Positions 49,375-61,700 of a stretch of 64,000 nucleotides of DNA are shown one piece after another; the first letter of the stretch is position 1, and each line of letters starts with the position of its first letter. The position numbers and the translations under genes were made by a program. The DNA is from Raja brachyura (Eukaryota), in the NCBI GenBank assembly GCA_963514005.1, contig OY740807.1, forward strand, positions 14,632,001 to 14,696,000. Reading direction: 5' to 3'. Below the pieces are notes generated by a model. That model was not told the DNA's origin and made no database searches. It saw only the letters and a program-made list of their open reading frames with translations.

Positions 49375-49860
49375 TGAACATAGAACAGTACAGCACAGGA
49401 ACAGGCCCTTCAGCCCACTGTCTGTGCCAAGCCTGATGACAAATTAAACAAATCCTCTCTTCCTTCATGTGATCCACATCACTCCATTCCCTGCATATCC
49501 ATGTGGCTATCTGACAGTCTCTTAAATGCCACTATCGTATCTGCATCCACAACCACCCCTGGCTGCCCAATCCAGGCACCCATCATACTCTGTGTAAAGA
49601 AATGGCCCCATGCATCTCCTTCATACCCTGCCTCTCTCACCTTAAAACTAATCTCTCTAGCCTTTAAAATATCTACCCCGAAAAAAAGGTTGCTGACTAT
49701 CTACCCTATCGATACACCTCATAATTTTATAAAATTCTATCGGGCCACCCCTCAGTCTCTGGTGCTCCAGCAAAAACAACCAAGTCTGTCCAACCTCTCC
49801 TTATGGCTTATACCCCCTAATCCAGGCAGCATTCTGGTAAACCTCTTCTGTATGCTTTCT
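49375..49860 (-). mobile_element. CR1-type LINE 3' fragment
   Basis: Antisense catagaacagtacagcacagg tail followed by degenerate ORF2 C-terminal sequence (aatccaggcagcattctggtaaacctcttctg). Confidence 0.8.
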
Positions 49861-50066
49861 GGTGTGCCAGTGAGCTAGAAATCACTAACAAAACGTTTAA
49901 AGTAATAATCTAATCTAGATTCAATTTGGCTATAGAAAATAATCAAAAATAATGCAAGTTCAGCAATACTTACCAATAGTAAGGCAATAGAAATTATGTT
50001 TTTGGAAGAAATTGCAAGTGGAGATCTCTGAGACAGGACCGATGGTGAATGTGACGAGAGTGACAA

Positions 50067-50095
50067 AGAGAGAGACAGAGAGAGCGAGAGAGAGA

Positions 50096-50130
<35 letters not shown>

Positions 50131-50187
50131 GGAGGGACAGACAGAGACAGGCAGATAGATAGAGAGAGACAGACAGACAGACAGACT
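50067..50187. repeat. (GA)n/(GACA)n microsatellite
   Basis: Direct reading. Confidence 0.9.
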
Positions 50188-50255
50188 GATGGATTAGTGG
50201 GATTTTTTAACCTGTGATGATATAGGCAGCACAGATCTGAAAAAGGACAAGTTTA

Positions 50256-50450
<195 letters not shown>

Positions 50451-53400
50451 TTAGCATTTGTGCCTGACAATCTAAGATGGATATTTTTTCATTTTTTATC
50501 AAGTTCCTTTATCTCTTTTTTATTTCAGCAGGTGGAACAGCAGTGATGTTCCCGGTGGGTGGCCTGTCAATATTCCCAGAGACCCCTTGGAATATCTGCA
50601 TCATCCTGAGAGCTCTCCATGCAGTATACCATGCAAATACTGGTATGGATTTTAGGGTCCACTAGATAGACTGGCACACTCCAAGGGATCCAATGTAATT
50701 AAACGATTATCCTGGGATCTTTCTATAAATAGTGGCTCTCTCCTGCGGGTCGACTACATCACACGGCCCAAGATCCATGGAAGACCTCAAGTTCTTGCTT
50801 GCAAAGACTGTATCAACCACTTAAGGGCATCAATGTGTAAAACATTTTTATGAGTGTACAGCAAGAAAATTAAAATACATCTCAATCAGTGCAGAAGAAT
50901 ATGAATGAAAATTCTTCAGTGCAGAATCTAAAATGTACATTTTTGCTTGGCCTTAGATCTCTAAAATCAGCCAAAAATAGAGAACTTTGACAACTGTTTG
51001 CAATCTCTTCCCAGGTCCTGGAGTGCTCTTGGCTCCCACAGACAACATCAGTGAGTGGCTTTTGAAATCTTCCGTTGTGAGATATTGGCCTCTATTTTAG
51101 ATCTGTTGATGTAACTGTGGGAAAGACCTAGTTATAGCAAATGCTTCCTGTCCACAGAACAATCAAATTTATGAAGGAAGTGCTTGCAGCAGGAAATTCC
51201 TCTCCGCAATCATTTCCTCAACATCCGAAGAAGAAGTCAGTATGGCTCTGACCTGCTCTTCACAGAAATAAGACCAGGGCATTGCAGCACGAGCAAATGA
51301 CATTTCACCTGACCACCAATTACAATTATGAGTTCAATTCCTCTTTAATGATTACATACTGTGGTCTTAACCGCTTTGTGCAGGAGACACGAGGAGAAAT
51401 CTGTTGGAGACGGATTGTGTCTGCTCATGTCAACATAACGAGAAGCAGTTGTTTCCTGTTCACTGAATAACCTGTTTGCCAATAATCATTCAGTTATCAG
51501 GAAGTGAGTGAGAGCCATAAACAGCTGAGTGGAGTGCAGTCACAGTGTTTAATATGAGAGCTCTTGCCATTAGTCATGTAGCATATACATACTGTCTCAT
51601 CCTCTCCAGAGCCTATTATAAAAGGATTTACAACATGGAAATCTCCTTTGGAAAAGTCATTCATTCTTCATCAGGTGCAGCCTGTTAACATCAAATACAG
51701 TAATGCCCTTAAAAAATTGCCCACACCTTCATTTTTTATCAACCTGTAAAATATTCTTGAATATTATTTCATGCATAAATAAAGCCTACAGCACATTGAC
51801 ACAGACCAGTTGTCCCACACTTTTTTCCCTTTTGCATATGCATATACAGACACTGAGACTCTCAGATTCATGCATAATGACAAATCAAAATATCTCAATC
51901 CAAAATGTTGTCTGTATTTTCTCGTTATGGGTTTTTATACACTTACTGTGTTATCCCAGAATTCCATTCTATCTACAATACCAAAGGCCAAAGGTTTCGT
52001 AGATAATCACAAAAATTATCTCCGAGTGCTGCTGAAAACATACCATAATATCATTTGATAAATACAGGACTTGACATATTCACTTACTGAGAACAATGAC
52101 CCTGATTTTCGGTAACAGCAGGCCCTTTAATTATATAGGCAAGGGCATTTTTGTGGAAAAATAGACTGAATTGCAGAGCACAGTCCCAAAACACCAGTAC
52201 AAAATGTCAAAAGCTCATGGACAAACAGCGGGATTCAGTCACCATTAGCTTCCATCTTCAAAGCTGATTCTCAGGACGCATTCAAAGTAAATAAATTATG
52301 ATCAGGTGTTCACATCTACAGACAGGCTGTGGGTATTGCTGACAGAGATGCTCATGGAAGACATGCTCATGCAATTCACAAGATATGAAAAAACTCCCAT
52401 ACAAAAGAAAATACAGTAGCTTGCACAAACATTACAACTGAAAATCACAGCCTGCAATTTTTCTTTGCTCTCTTTCTTTCCCACTTTGTAAAATTAGCTG
52501 AACAAAGATCATTTTCTTCCCACTTACATCCTCAACATGGCCACTCAGTGTCGCACATAAAGCTGCTTGACGATGCTTTCTTGATTCCTGACCCTGGGGT
52601 GCAATAGCTGTACACTAATTAATTATTAAAGTTTTCTAACAATCAGCCAATATGAAGATTGTATTTCTCTTATGCTTCATTAGTGTGTCCCGGAGGAGTG
52701 GTCAGAGTACTGTGCGATTACCTTGTGGCTCATCCTTCTGCCCAGGGGACAAGGTCCAATCCAGGCTGTCGACTGCATCAGGAGCCTGCAGTTTCCGTTA
52801 GTCAGGCACATTTCCTACTCTATTTCTTTTGTACAGAATTCACTTTGGAGTCAATATTATAAAAGGCAAAGTTTTAAAAAATTGATTGTTTTGTTTTAAT
52901 CACATCAATATATTGTTGAGGCGATTGATTTATTTTCTACCTGACATACAGACAGGCACTTTGGCAGGGAAGTCCTCCCTCCATGAGTTTTCTGAAGGCT
53001 TGTTGTCTTTATGGCATCAATGTTTGGTGTGCCACTGCAGGCAGAGACACAGTTTGACGGAGAAAACAATCCTGTGGTTGGAGTTATGAAGCACACAGAG
53101 GTAATTAATGATATGTGTTGGAGGTCAATTAGCCCAACATAGGAAATTACTGGAGAAGATCGTCAAGACAGTGTCTTCTGCCTGATCATTTTAAATGGGT
53201 TCATCAATGACCATCCTTTTATCATAAGGTCAAATAGGGACGCTCATCAATGATTGCATGTTCCTCAGTTCCATTTGTGACTCCTCGGCAAATATACCTG
53301 TCCATGTTTGCGTGCAGCAAGTCTTTCAGGCATGGGTTGATATGTGGCTAGTAACATTCATGCCACAAAAGTGCCAGGGAATGACCGTCTCCAACTAACA

Positions 53401-53938
53401 GTATCTCCTTGTGACATGGATCCCTCTCTCCTAATCCGGCCATCCCTTGCAGTGTTGGTTTTACAATGGTGCTGGAGAGAATCATGCTCTATGCTTCACC
53501 TTGTTAATAATCCCCTCTATCTCTCCCTTCAATGTCTCTCCTACTGTCTTGTTCTGTCTTCCTCTACTGAGGAGGAGAAAATGTGGTTTAAGTTATTTTA
53601 ACAGTTATTTTGGCCATTATCCATTTTTTTTTGCAATACCATATGAACATTAATACTTCAGGAAGTGCCAGCTTAAACCAATAAATATGGGTAGAATCCA
53701 AATTCTGGTCCATTACACCTTGAGATTCATATTGCCGATGAATTACTATTGATGCTTTCAAGCTCTTATCATGAATTTGCTGCAGCTCTGTTCAAATACT
53801 GCCACATTTTCAGCCGGGAAACTAATGCACATGAAATCTCTCAATCAGTGGTGCACAACACTTGAATTTAAACTACAATGTCATCCAAGTTTGAAGTAAC
53901 TTAATCCTGGTTGATCAGTCTTTGTTATTAGACCGACA

Positions 53939-54500
53939 CTAGACAAAGTGGGACCCGTTGGGTCCCAGTCACACGGGAATCCCCTGGTCCCCCAACGCAA
54001 CCCATTCCCCAAAGCAATATTCCACCACTCACCCGTTCCCCCAATGCAACCCGTTCCCCCAATGCATTATTCCACCACTCACCCATGGCCCCTATCTGCG
54101 CAGGCGTGGCTGACGGGTTCCCGCTGTGACGCCCCTTATCCCCCCTCCTCCCTTCACCCACCCCCCACTCCACCTCTTGCCCTTCCCCCCCCACCCGCAT
54201 TCACTCCATCCCCCATCCATTCTTAGCGGCTCTGCGGCGGCGCAGTCATTCCCGCCCATTGGGTTCTCATCATGACGTAGAACATGCAGGTATTACTGCG
54301 TAGGCGCAGCTGATGGGTGTGTGGGAGGGGGGTGTGGGAAGGGGAGGTGTGGGGGAGGGGGGGTGTGGGGGAGGGGGGGTGTGGGGGAGGGGTGTGTGTG
54401 GGGGAGGGGTGTGTGTGGGGGAAGGAGGGTGGGGGAGAGGACAAATAGAATGACCACACAACCGGAAGATAACAAGATCAGAGCTTTAGTTATTTATAGA
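53939..54500 (-). mobile_element. Non-autonomous Helitron (same family)
   Basis: Minus strand starts A|TCTATAAATAACTAAAGCTCTGATCTTG and ends with the GGGACCCAACGGGTCCC hairpin plus CTAG|T. The subterminal sequence is shared with 22691-23741. Confidence 0.87.
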
Positions 54501-55342
54501 TGAGCAAAAATGTGCGTTTTCCTTTCTTTCACATTTGCTATTTATTGATCCCTTGCGGGAACGTTGCAGTGCATTGTGATTGAGGCACGGACATATGTTA
54601 AAACAGGAGGATTGCAGATATTTCTAGTGATGAAGGATTCAAGGCTATGAGGAGAATGCAGGAGGATTAGATCTGGGTTACAGAACCAATGGTTTCATTC
54701 AAACATAATGCATGAAATGTCCATCCTTCTTCATTTGAATGGTCTTTAGCTCAAATGACTTTGGCGATAGAGTAAAATCAGCTGATATACCCTGAAGTCA
54801 ATTCTCACTGGCAGGCTCTCTCAGGAATAATGAACTGCTGAGTGAGAAATTAGGTTCTGCCCACCACCCAGGGAAAATTAGCCAAAGTCGACTAAGGCAT
54901 AAATAGAAAACAATTCAAAAAAGACTTAGCAAATGAAATGGTTACTATGGAACCATAACGTAAATATTTTTAATTATTTAATAATCGAATGAAATAAATG
55001 AAAGGCTCTGAATAATATTGAGCCTTTTGCTGAGGAGGCATGTGGGTGTCTGTAGAAGGCAGGCTGTATAACCTCAACACAAGCAGAGGAAGCTGAATCT
55101 TGTTTTAGAATAATGACCTGCCAACAAAAAAAGTATCACTTCTCAGGAATGCAGATTTTCTCAAAACATCCGAATACCGGAGTAAGGATTTTCTCTTCAC
55201 ATTTTTAATCGGGTTTTCGGCAGACTGCCGTTTATCTCTCCCTACGATGTGGAGCTCGGACTACAAAGAGATCCCAAGGTTGCACTGACTTCAGCAGTCA
55301 ATAGTGCGAAAATGTGCGAGAACACATCAGTTGACAAATGTA

Positions 55343-55465
55343 GGTAGGCAAAAATGCTGGAGAAACTCAGCGGGTGAGGCAGCATCTATGGAGCTAAGTA
55401 ATAGGCGACGTTTCGGGTCGAGACCCTTCTTCAGACTGATGTCGGGGGGGGATGGGGGGAAAAAA
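55343..55465 (-). mobile_element. Penelope-derived mini-insertion with hammerhead-like core
   Basis: Minus strand CAGT-CTGAAGA-A-GGGTCTCGACCC-GAAAC-GTC-GCCTAT..; 12/15 flanking direct repeat (55328-42 / 55466-80). Confidence 0.8.
55407..55434 (-). ncRNA. Minimal type I hammerhead ribozyme-like core (PLE type)
   Basis: CUGAAGA, stem II GGGU-cucg-ACCC, GAAA, then a palindromic ACGU stem III with a GUC triplet. Stem I is weak (~2 bp), so activity is uncertain. Confidence 0.55.
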
Positions 55466-55639
55466 CAATTGAAAATTGTATACACCTTCTGACATTTTGT
55501 CTTGCAGACTTTGATGGAATTGAATGTGAAAGGGCCAGCATAACTGATGACTAATTTGTTGCATGTTTAGTATTCCTGTTCCTTCCTGAAATTCCATTGC
55601 AATAGAGTTGGGGCTCTAAATTGGATTTTCTCTGAAGTA

Positions 55640-56062
55640 TTGAACAAACAAAAAGATGGTTGAGGTGGGGTAAAGTCTGGGAACTTATAGGTGTATACAG
55701 GTGAGGGGGTGGGGGCTGATTGTCAGATGAGTGGAGTAAGTGACAAAGGCTAGAGAAGAAAAGATAAAAAGATGTCGGGTAAGGCAAGAAGAGGAGTGAA
55801 ATGTAAAGGCAGAAGGATGAATATGGTGACAGGGGGGACAGGAATGAGGAGGAAATAAAAGGGAAATATGGGATTAGAAGATGGTAGATGGGCATACGCT
55901 GCAGGGGAAAGGAGCAGGATGACAAGCGTGGTGGGAAATGATTTGAGAAAGTTGTTTGCACCAGGGTAGAGAGAGGTAGTGGGGTGTGTATTATTTGAAA
56001 TTGGAGAATTCAATGTTCATACCATCGGGTTTTAGGCTAACCAAATTGAATATGAGGTGCTG
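55640..56062 (-). mobile_element. Penelope-like element 3' fragment (ORF C-terminus plus pLTR)
   Basis: Minus strand QHLIFNLVSLKPDGMNIEFSNFK*, typical of the PLE GIY-YIG C-terminus, followed by a pyrimidine-rich 3' region. Confidence 0.75.
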
Positions 56063-57089
56063 ATACCATCAATACCAACTGGAAATTGTGGAAATATGGG
56101 AAATAATTTGGGTCAGGTTCAGGCATCATGTTCCCTACAACCAAACCAGCCCCTGCCCCCAGCCAGTGTTGAGTCCCAGCAACATTCACACAAAGCAAAT
56201 AGGCAGCTACATGAAGGTGGAATTTGAACTGCAGAGAAAGGAAGGAAAGCAATAAGCAAGTTAAGAAGTCATGCCAAACTCAAAGATCTTTTGTTCACCT
56301 TTTGCAAAGAATGGATAGCTCTTGTACATTTAAGTCTGATTGTAATTTGATTCATATTTACTGTTTGTTTATTTTGAACCCTTTCAGTGATGGGGAATAC
56401 TTGTATTAGTTTTGAAGATAAACAGAACCTGATTCCACATTTACTAGAACATTTTATTCTGCAAGATAGCTGCAGAGATCTCAAAACAAGCTTTGCAAAA
56501 AAAATCCACAACCTCCTACACTGTGGCAAAAAAAAGTAAAAGCACTATCCAGGTACCCTGCTTGGAGAGAGGAAAAAGTCGTCACTGGGTATTTGTTCGC
56601 TGACCCAAGAGGACAAAGGTCAACTCTAATCAAATATAATGACTGCTAATGCAGACATCTGATCACTAGCTAACTAGAGCAGCCTATGAGGTTCCGTGCA
56701 GAGCCTCTGTGAGTAGTCAGCTGGGGACTTTCATCTCCACTTGGACAGATAATGTAACCAAACAACTGACAGGATGCTAATACTTCAACAAAATGATAGA
56801 CAGCTACAAATTCTTAAACTGAGCTGTTCCTTAATGATAATCATGACATCCCATTTGTTTTTCACTATTATTCTTATCCACAGACGGAAGTTAACCCCAT
56901 GCAGTCTAGGTAACACCCACGTTATTTTTATCTCTGCTTTTCTCAACTTCTTTTGTAAATGCTTCCCATTCACAGTGGCCACAGTTTGGTTATCTTTATA
57001 GTGCAAAGCCTGGTCACTTAAATGTACTTTATTCTAGGGATTTGAGCAACATATGATCGCTCTTGGAATACTGTGAGCAGTATTGAGGA

Positions 57090-57542
57090 TGTGACTGAGG
57101 TAGAGAGAGCACGGAAAAGATTCACATAGATGATGCCAGAACTGGAAAGCCCGAATTATAAGAAGAGAGTGGATAGGCAGGGACTTTTCCCTGGACTGAA
57201 GAAGACTGAGAGGTGACTTATTTATGGTTTCTAAAGTTATGAAGGGCAGAGATAAAGAAGACAGTCAGTCTTTATCCTAGTGTAGGGGAATCTAAAACAA
57301 GAGGGTAGGTTTAAATTGAGCGGAGAAAGATTAAATAGAATCTTAGGGGGAAGTTTTTCACACAGAGATTGGTAGGTATATTGATCATGCTGACAGAGAA
57401 AGTGGTATCGGCATGTGCAATTACAACATTTAACACAGATAGGAAAGGTTTAGGGTGTAGGCAAATGGGACCAACATATAGGCAACTTGGTTGGCATGAA
57501 TGAGTTTGGCTGAAGGGTTTGTTTCTGTACTGTATAACTCTC
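57090..57542 (+). mobile_element. Diverged CR1 LINE 3' fragment
   Basis: Degenerate ERxxRRFT.M.P / RRLRGDL / FFTQR.VG coding remnants plus 3' UTR. Confidence 0.8.
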
Positions 57543-58009
57543 TCTTTAATAATGCCATATGTGATTTAATACACAATGGCTGTCACCACAAAATAAAGCA
57601 AATAGGACAGGCAATGTTTCTTCCAAAAGGATAATCAGGAACCCGTTCTTTATTCTTCTGCATGTAAACAGCAGCTTGGGCGATAAGTTATAACATACAA
57701 ATCCATATTTCTTTGAAAGGATTCAGGATTTTGTAAGTTCTCAAATGCTTCAACAGCCATTGCACCATGAAGCTACCGAGAATACTTCATTGTGATTCTG
57801 CATCCAACTAACAAGCACTTATAGTAGAAGTCAGTGGATAATGATGGAAGAATAACACCCATGCGTTGTTTAATTGTGTAGGTCTGTTAATCAGAACAAC
57901 TCTTTCGGACTCACAGCAAAGAAAGGAATGACAGTATCCATTGCTCTTCAGGTTATCAAGACTTGTGAAAAACAACTTAAATAAATTGTACTCCAATGCC
58001 AAATAAAAT

Positions 58010-58216
58010 GCTTCTCTGCCTCAGAGGGCGGTGGAGGCAGGTTCTCTGGATGCTTTCAAGAGAGAGCTAGATAGGGCTCTTAAAGATAGCGGAGTCGGGG
58101 GATATGGGGGGAAGGCAGGAACGGGGTACTGATTGGGGATGATCAGCCATGATCACATTGAATGGAGGTGCTGGCTCGAAGGGCCAAATGGCCTACACCT
58201 GCACCTATTGTCTATT
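58010..58216 (+). mobile_element. CR1 LINE 3' end
   Basis: Homologous to 28005-28205 (ctctgcctcagagg..gatcagccatgatcacattgaatgg..gcacctatt). Confidence 0.85.
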
Positions 58217-60363
58217 GACTTATTTCATTCATCACTAACTTTCATTAGGCCAACTACAATGCTGCATTTAAGCCATGTCACCCTGTCTGAACCCATTTTT
58301 TTGAGGATTACCAGCAATATTTTTCAGATAACCTGCAGTTTATAGGACTGTTCTTAGAAAGGAATGGGAGGGGTGTGGGAGGGGTGAAGGAGGGTGAAGT
58401 GGTTTCTTCAAAACAGAGCAAGTGCAATTCCTGGTGGATAGATTGAGGAACATCAGTTATTTTCCAAAAGGTATTAATGCGACTATAATTATCAGGATAG
58501 TAAATATACCCTCTAATGTGCACATGCTTATCAGGTGGTGGTATACTTGACAATTTTTGCCCAGCTATTAAGTAAGGAAAATGGATATGAACTATCACTA
58601 TGGCCTTATTATGTGATCAACAAATCATATTTTACAACCACACAAGGTAATGATTTGGCAGGTAATGTGTCATTTTTCTTGTTAAAGCACTAAGCCAGTT
58701 ATGAATCATGCTGGAAGTGTAACAGAGGAATCGAAGTGTCCATAGAAGGAACAAGTGGGCCATAAAACATCAGTGCCATTTCCTGGGGTAGAATTGCACG
58801 AACTCTCAGTGTTCTTTGTGTAACTCGCTGATGGGATAACCAAAGTACTATCGCTAGTCTTTTCCATAGCAGGCTGACAACATCAGTAAGTTAACATCTT
58901 TTTTTTTAAATGGAGTATTAAAGCAGTGCAATTTAAAGATGCCATATGGAAAGCCCTTGAGATAAGGAAGAAAATAAATAAAATTGCATTTTACTAGTGC
59001 CACATAATAAATTTCAGCACGTGCCTGCATTAGAATTTTTGGTCTGCTTATTTACAGGAAACATGGTTGGAAATGAGTTCAGTTCTCTTTCAATGACTAT
59101 CATAACCAGTAAGAATCTTTATTATTGATAAGTTCCAACAGGTTGTATAAAAACTGAATAGAGCAGACATAAAATTGCCCGGGCTCGGATAACAATGCCA
59201 GAACACAGCACACACTATATTTATTCATTCATGAAGCAAGAAGAAAGCCTGCATTTATTGCAGAACTCTAATTTCCTTTGAACTGAGTTAACATTTTAGA
59301 GGGTGGTTATGACGTGTGGATCAGGAATCACTTGCAGTCTAGAATAAGTAATATAACAGTTTTCCTTCAGCAAAGGAAATTTGTTAACCAGATGGATATG
59401 CAGAAGAATTTGATAGTTCCATGGCCAACATTATTGATATTAATTTGTAAATTTTGTTTTAATTTTGCTACTTGCCATGGTGGCAAATGAACTCATGTCT
59501 ACAGATCAGTTAACCAGGCCTTTGGATTTTGGTGTAGTATGCTAAGCATTACTGTTGCACATCCGGCCTACGAAAGCTATATTTGAGTTGTTGGAGGAAA
59601 AGACAGCAAGCATTCATCGTCTTCAATTCCACTCAGTAACATCTGGGGAAAGAGCACTTCTGGATACCAGACAAAACTGGCATCTTAGCTTTAGCTACCG
59701 GTATCTAAGGTGTTCAAATATCCTGATCCCACTCATGGGGCAAGCTTGTAAAGAAGAACATCCTTATGAGTGTGTCTCCATTGGAGTGAATAGCATGGTG
59801 TTTCATCACAACTGACTATTAGATATGAAAAATGGAATAGCCAGGAGCAGGATATAATCCATTTGGAACTGCACTACTGATCAATTAGATCATGATAAAT
59901 CTGACGCAATCAATCATAGAATCATAAGAGCACAGAAGAAGGCCCTTCAGCCCAATTTCCTTCAGAATCAAAATGTATCAATCTCAAGTCGTAAAAGTTC
60001 CAATTTACCAAATCATGCAGATTAAGTGCTATGAGTTCCAAAATTTCATCTGAAATTGAACTTCCTCATTTCCCTTCCAAATCACCACACTCTAACTTCA
60101 CATCACTATTGTTTTTCATTTTCCATGACTATTTCTGTATCTTAAAAAAAATCTAATATATTGTTTTAAATAACAGGGAGAACTACTGATTGAAAAAAAA
60201 ATGATGCAAGTCCCAGGCTAAGAGTCTGGATGTGGGAGCACCACGATATGTCTGCCCACGAGGTTTATATACCATTGAAAGAACACGGTTTTGCTGAACA
60301 GAAGTCCCCACAATACTTCCTTCAACATATCGCACCACGAAAATTATGAGCAAGGGAATACTA

Positions 60364-60585
<222 letters not shown>

Positions 60586-60974
60586 TTATCAATATTACAA
60601 AGACCATTCAAATAACCTCTTGAAATCTTATGAATATTTAAGATGTTTTATTCTAGGCTTGATGAATCTTTCCACTCCTTCAGATTGCCACAATACTGTT
60701 TCCAGGCAACCATCAAAAACCACGCAATCTTCAGTTGCTTAGGATCAAGAAATCACATGAAGCATTTGACTTATTGGAGTATTGAACATTTTTTTTGCAT
60801 TTTTCTGCTGTGTCTATGTTTTCTAACATTTTGGTGATGCACAACGCTGGGTATGTAAAATTTTAATTCAACCGTTTCTTCTATTTAGAAAGTATCCAGT
60901 TTGCATGGAGTTGACCTTGCCAAAATGTGCATTGTGTGCAGACAACAATTTTATAACATTAGGACCCAGTCCCT

Positions 60975-61300
60975 GCTAACCAAGTCCATGCTGACCATCA
61001 ACCACCCATTTGCACTAATTCTACACTAATCTAATCCAATTTAATTCTCTCCAAATCATTATTAATCCTCCCCCCCCCCCTCAAATTCCATCAATCACCT
61101 GCATCCAAAGGGCAATTTAGAGAAGTCAATAACTTACCGACAAACTCGCCTTTGGGATGTGGGGGGAAGCCAGAACACCCGGGGGAAACCCAGGCATTCA
61201 CAGGGAGATGTGCAAACTCCACACAGACAGCACCTGAGGTCAGGATTGAACCCAGGTCTCTGGCACCAAGACAGCGGCTCCACAATCTGCACCACTGTGC
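60975..61300 (-). mobile_element. tRNA-derived SINE (HE1/V-SINE-like)
   Basis: Antisense caaactccacacagacagcacctgaggtcaggattgaacccaggtctc. Confidence 0.78.
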
Positions 61301-61384
61301 ATTCGAAATGGCGCATTTGCAGCATTGGTCATTTTACCGTAAGTTTATCTGCATTTTGTAAAAATGACATATTCCCCATGTAAA

Positions 61385-61700
61385 ATAGAACAATATTACA
61401 CAGGCCCACAATGTTTGTGCCGATCATGATGCCTAGCTGAACTGATCTTATCTGCCTGAACATGATCGATATCTCTCTTTCCCCTGCATCTCTGTACTTA
61501 TTTAAAAGCCTCAAACGCCACTATCATATTAGCCTCCGCCTAGCAATGTGTTCCAGGCCGTCACCACCATCTGTGTAAAGACTTGCCCCATACATCTCCA
61601 TTAAACTATCCCCCTCTCACCTTATAGCTATGACCTCTAGTGTTTCCACCCTGCGAAAAGGTTCTGACTGTCTACCCTATCTATGCCTCTCATAATTTTA
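61385..61700 (-). mobile_element. CR1-type LINE 3' fragment
   Basis: Same family as 49375-49860 (aaacgccactatc..ccctctcaccttatagctatg). Confidence 0.75.

Noticed and set aside
55250-55290. ZNF143/SBS-type promoter motif (ACTACA..TCCCA)
   Set aside because: Spacing is wrong (ACTACAAAGAGATCCCA) and there is no CpG island, so a promoter cannot be supported.
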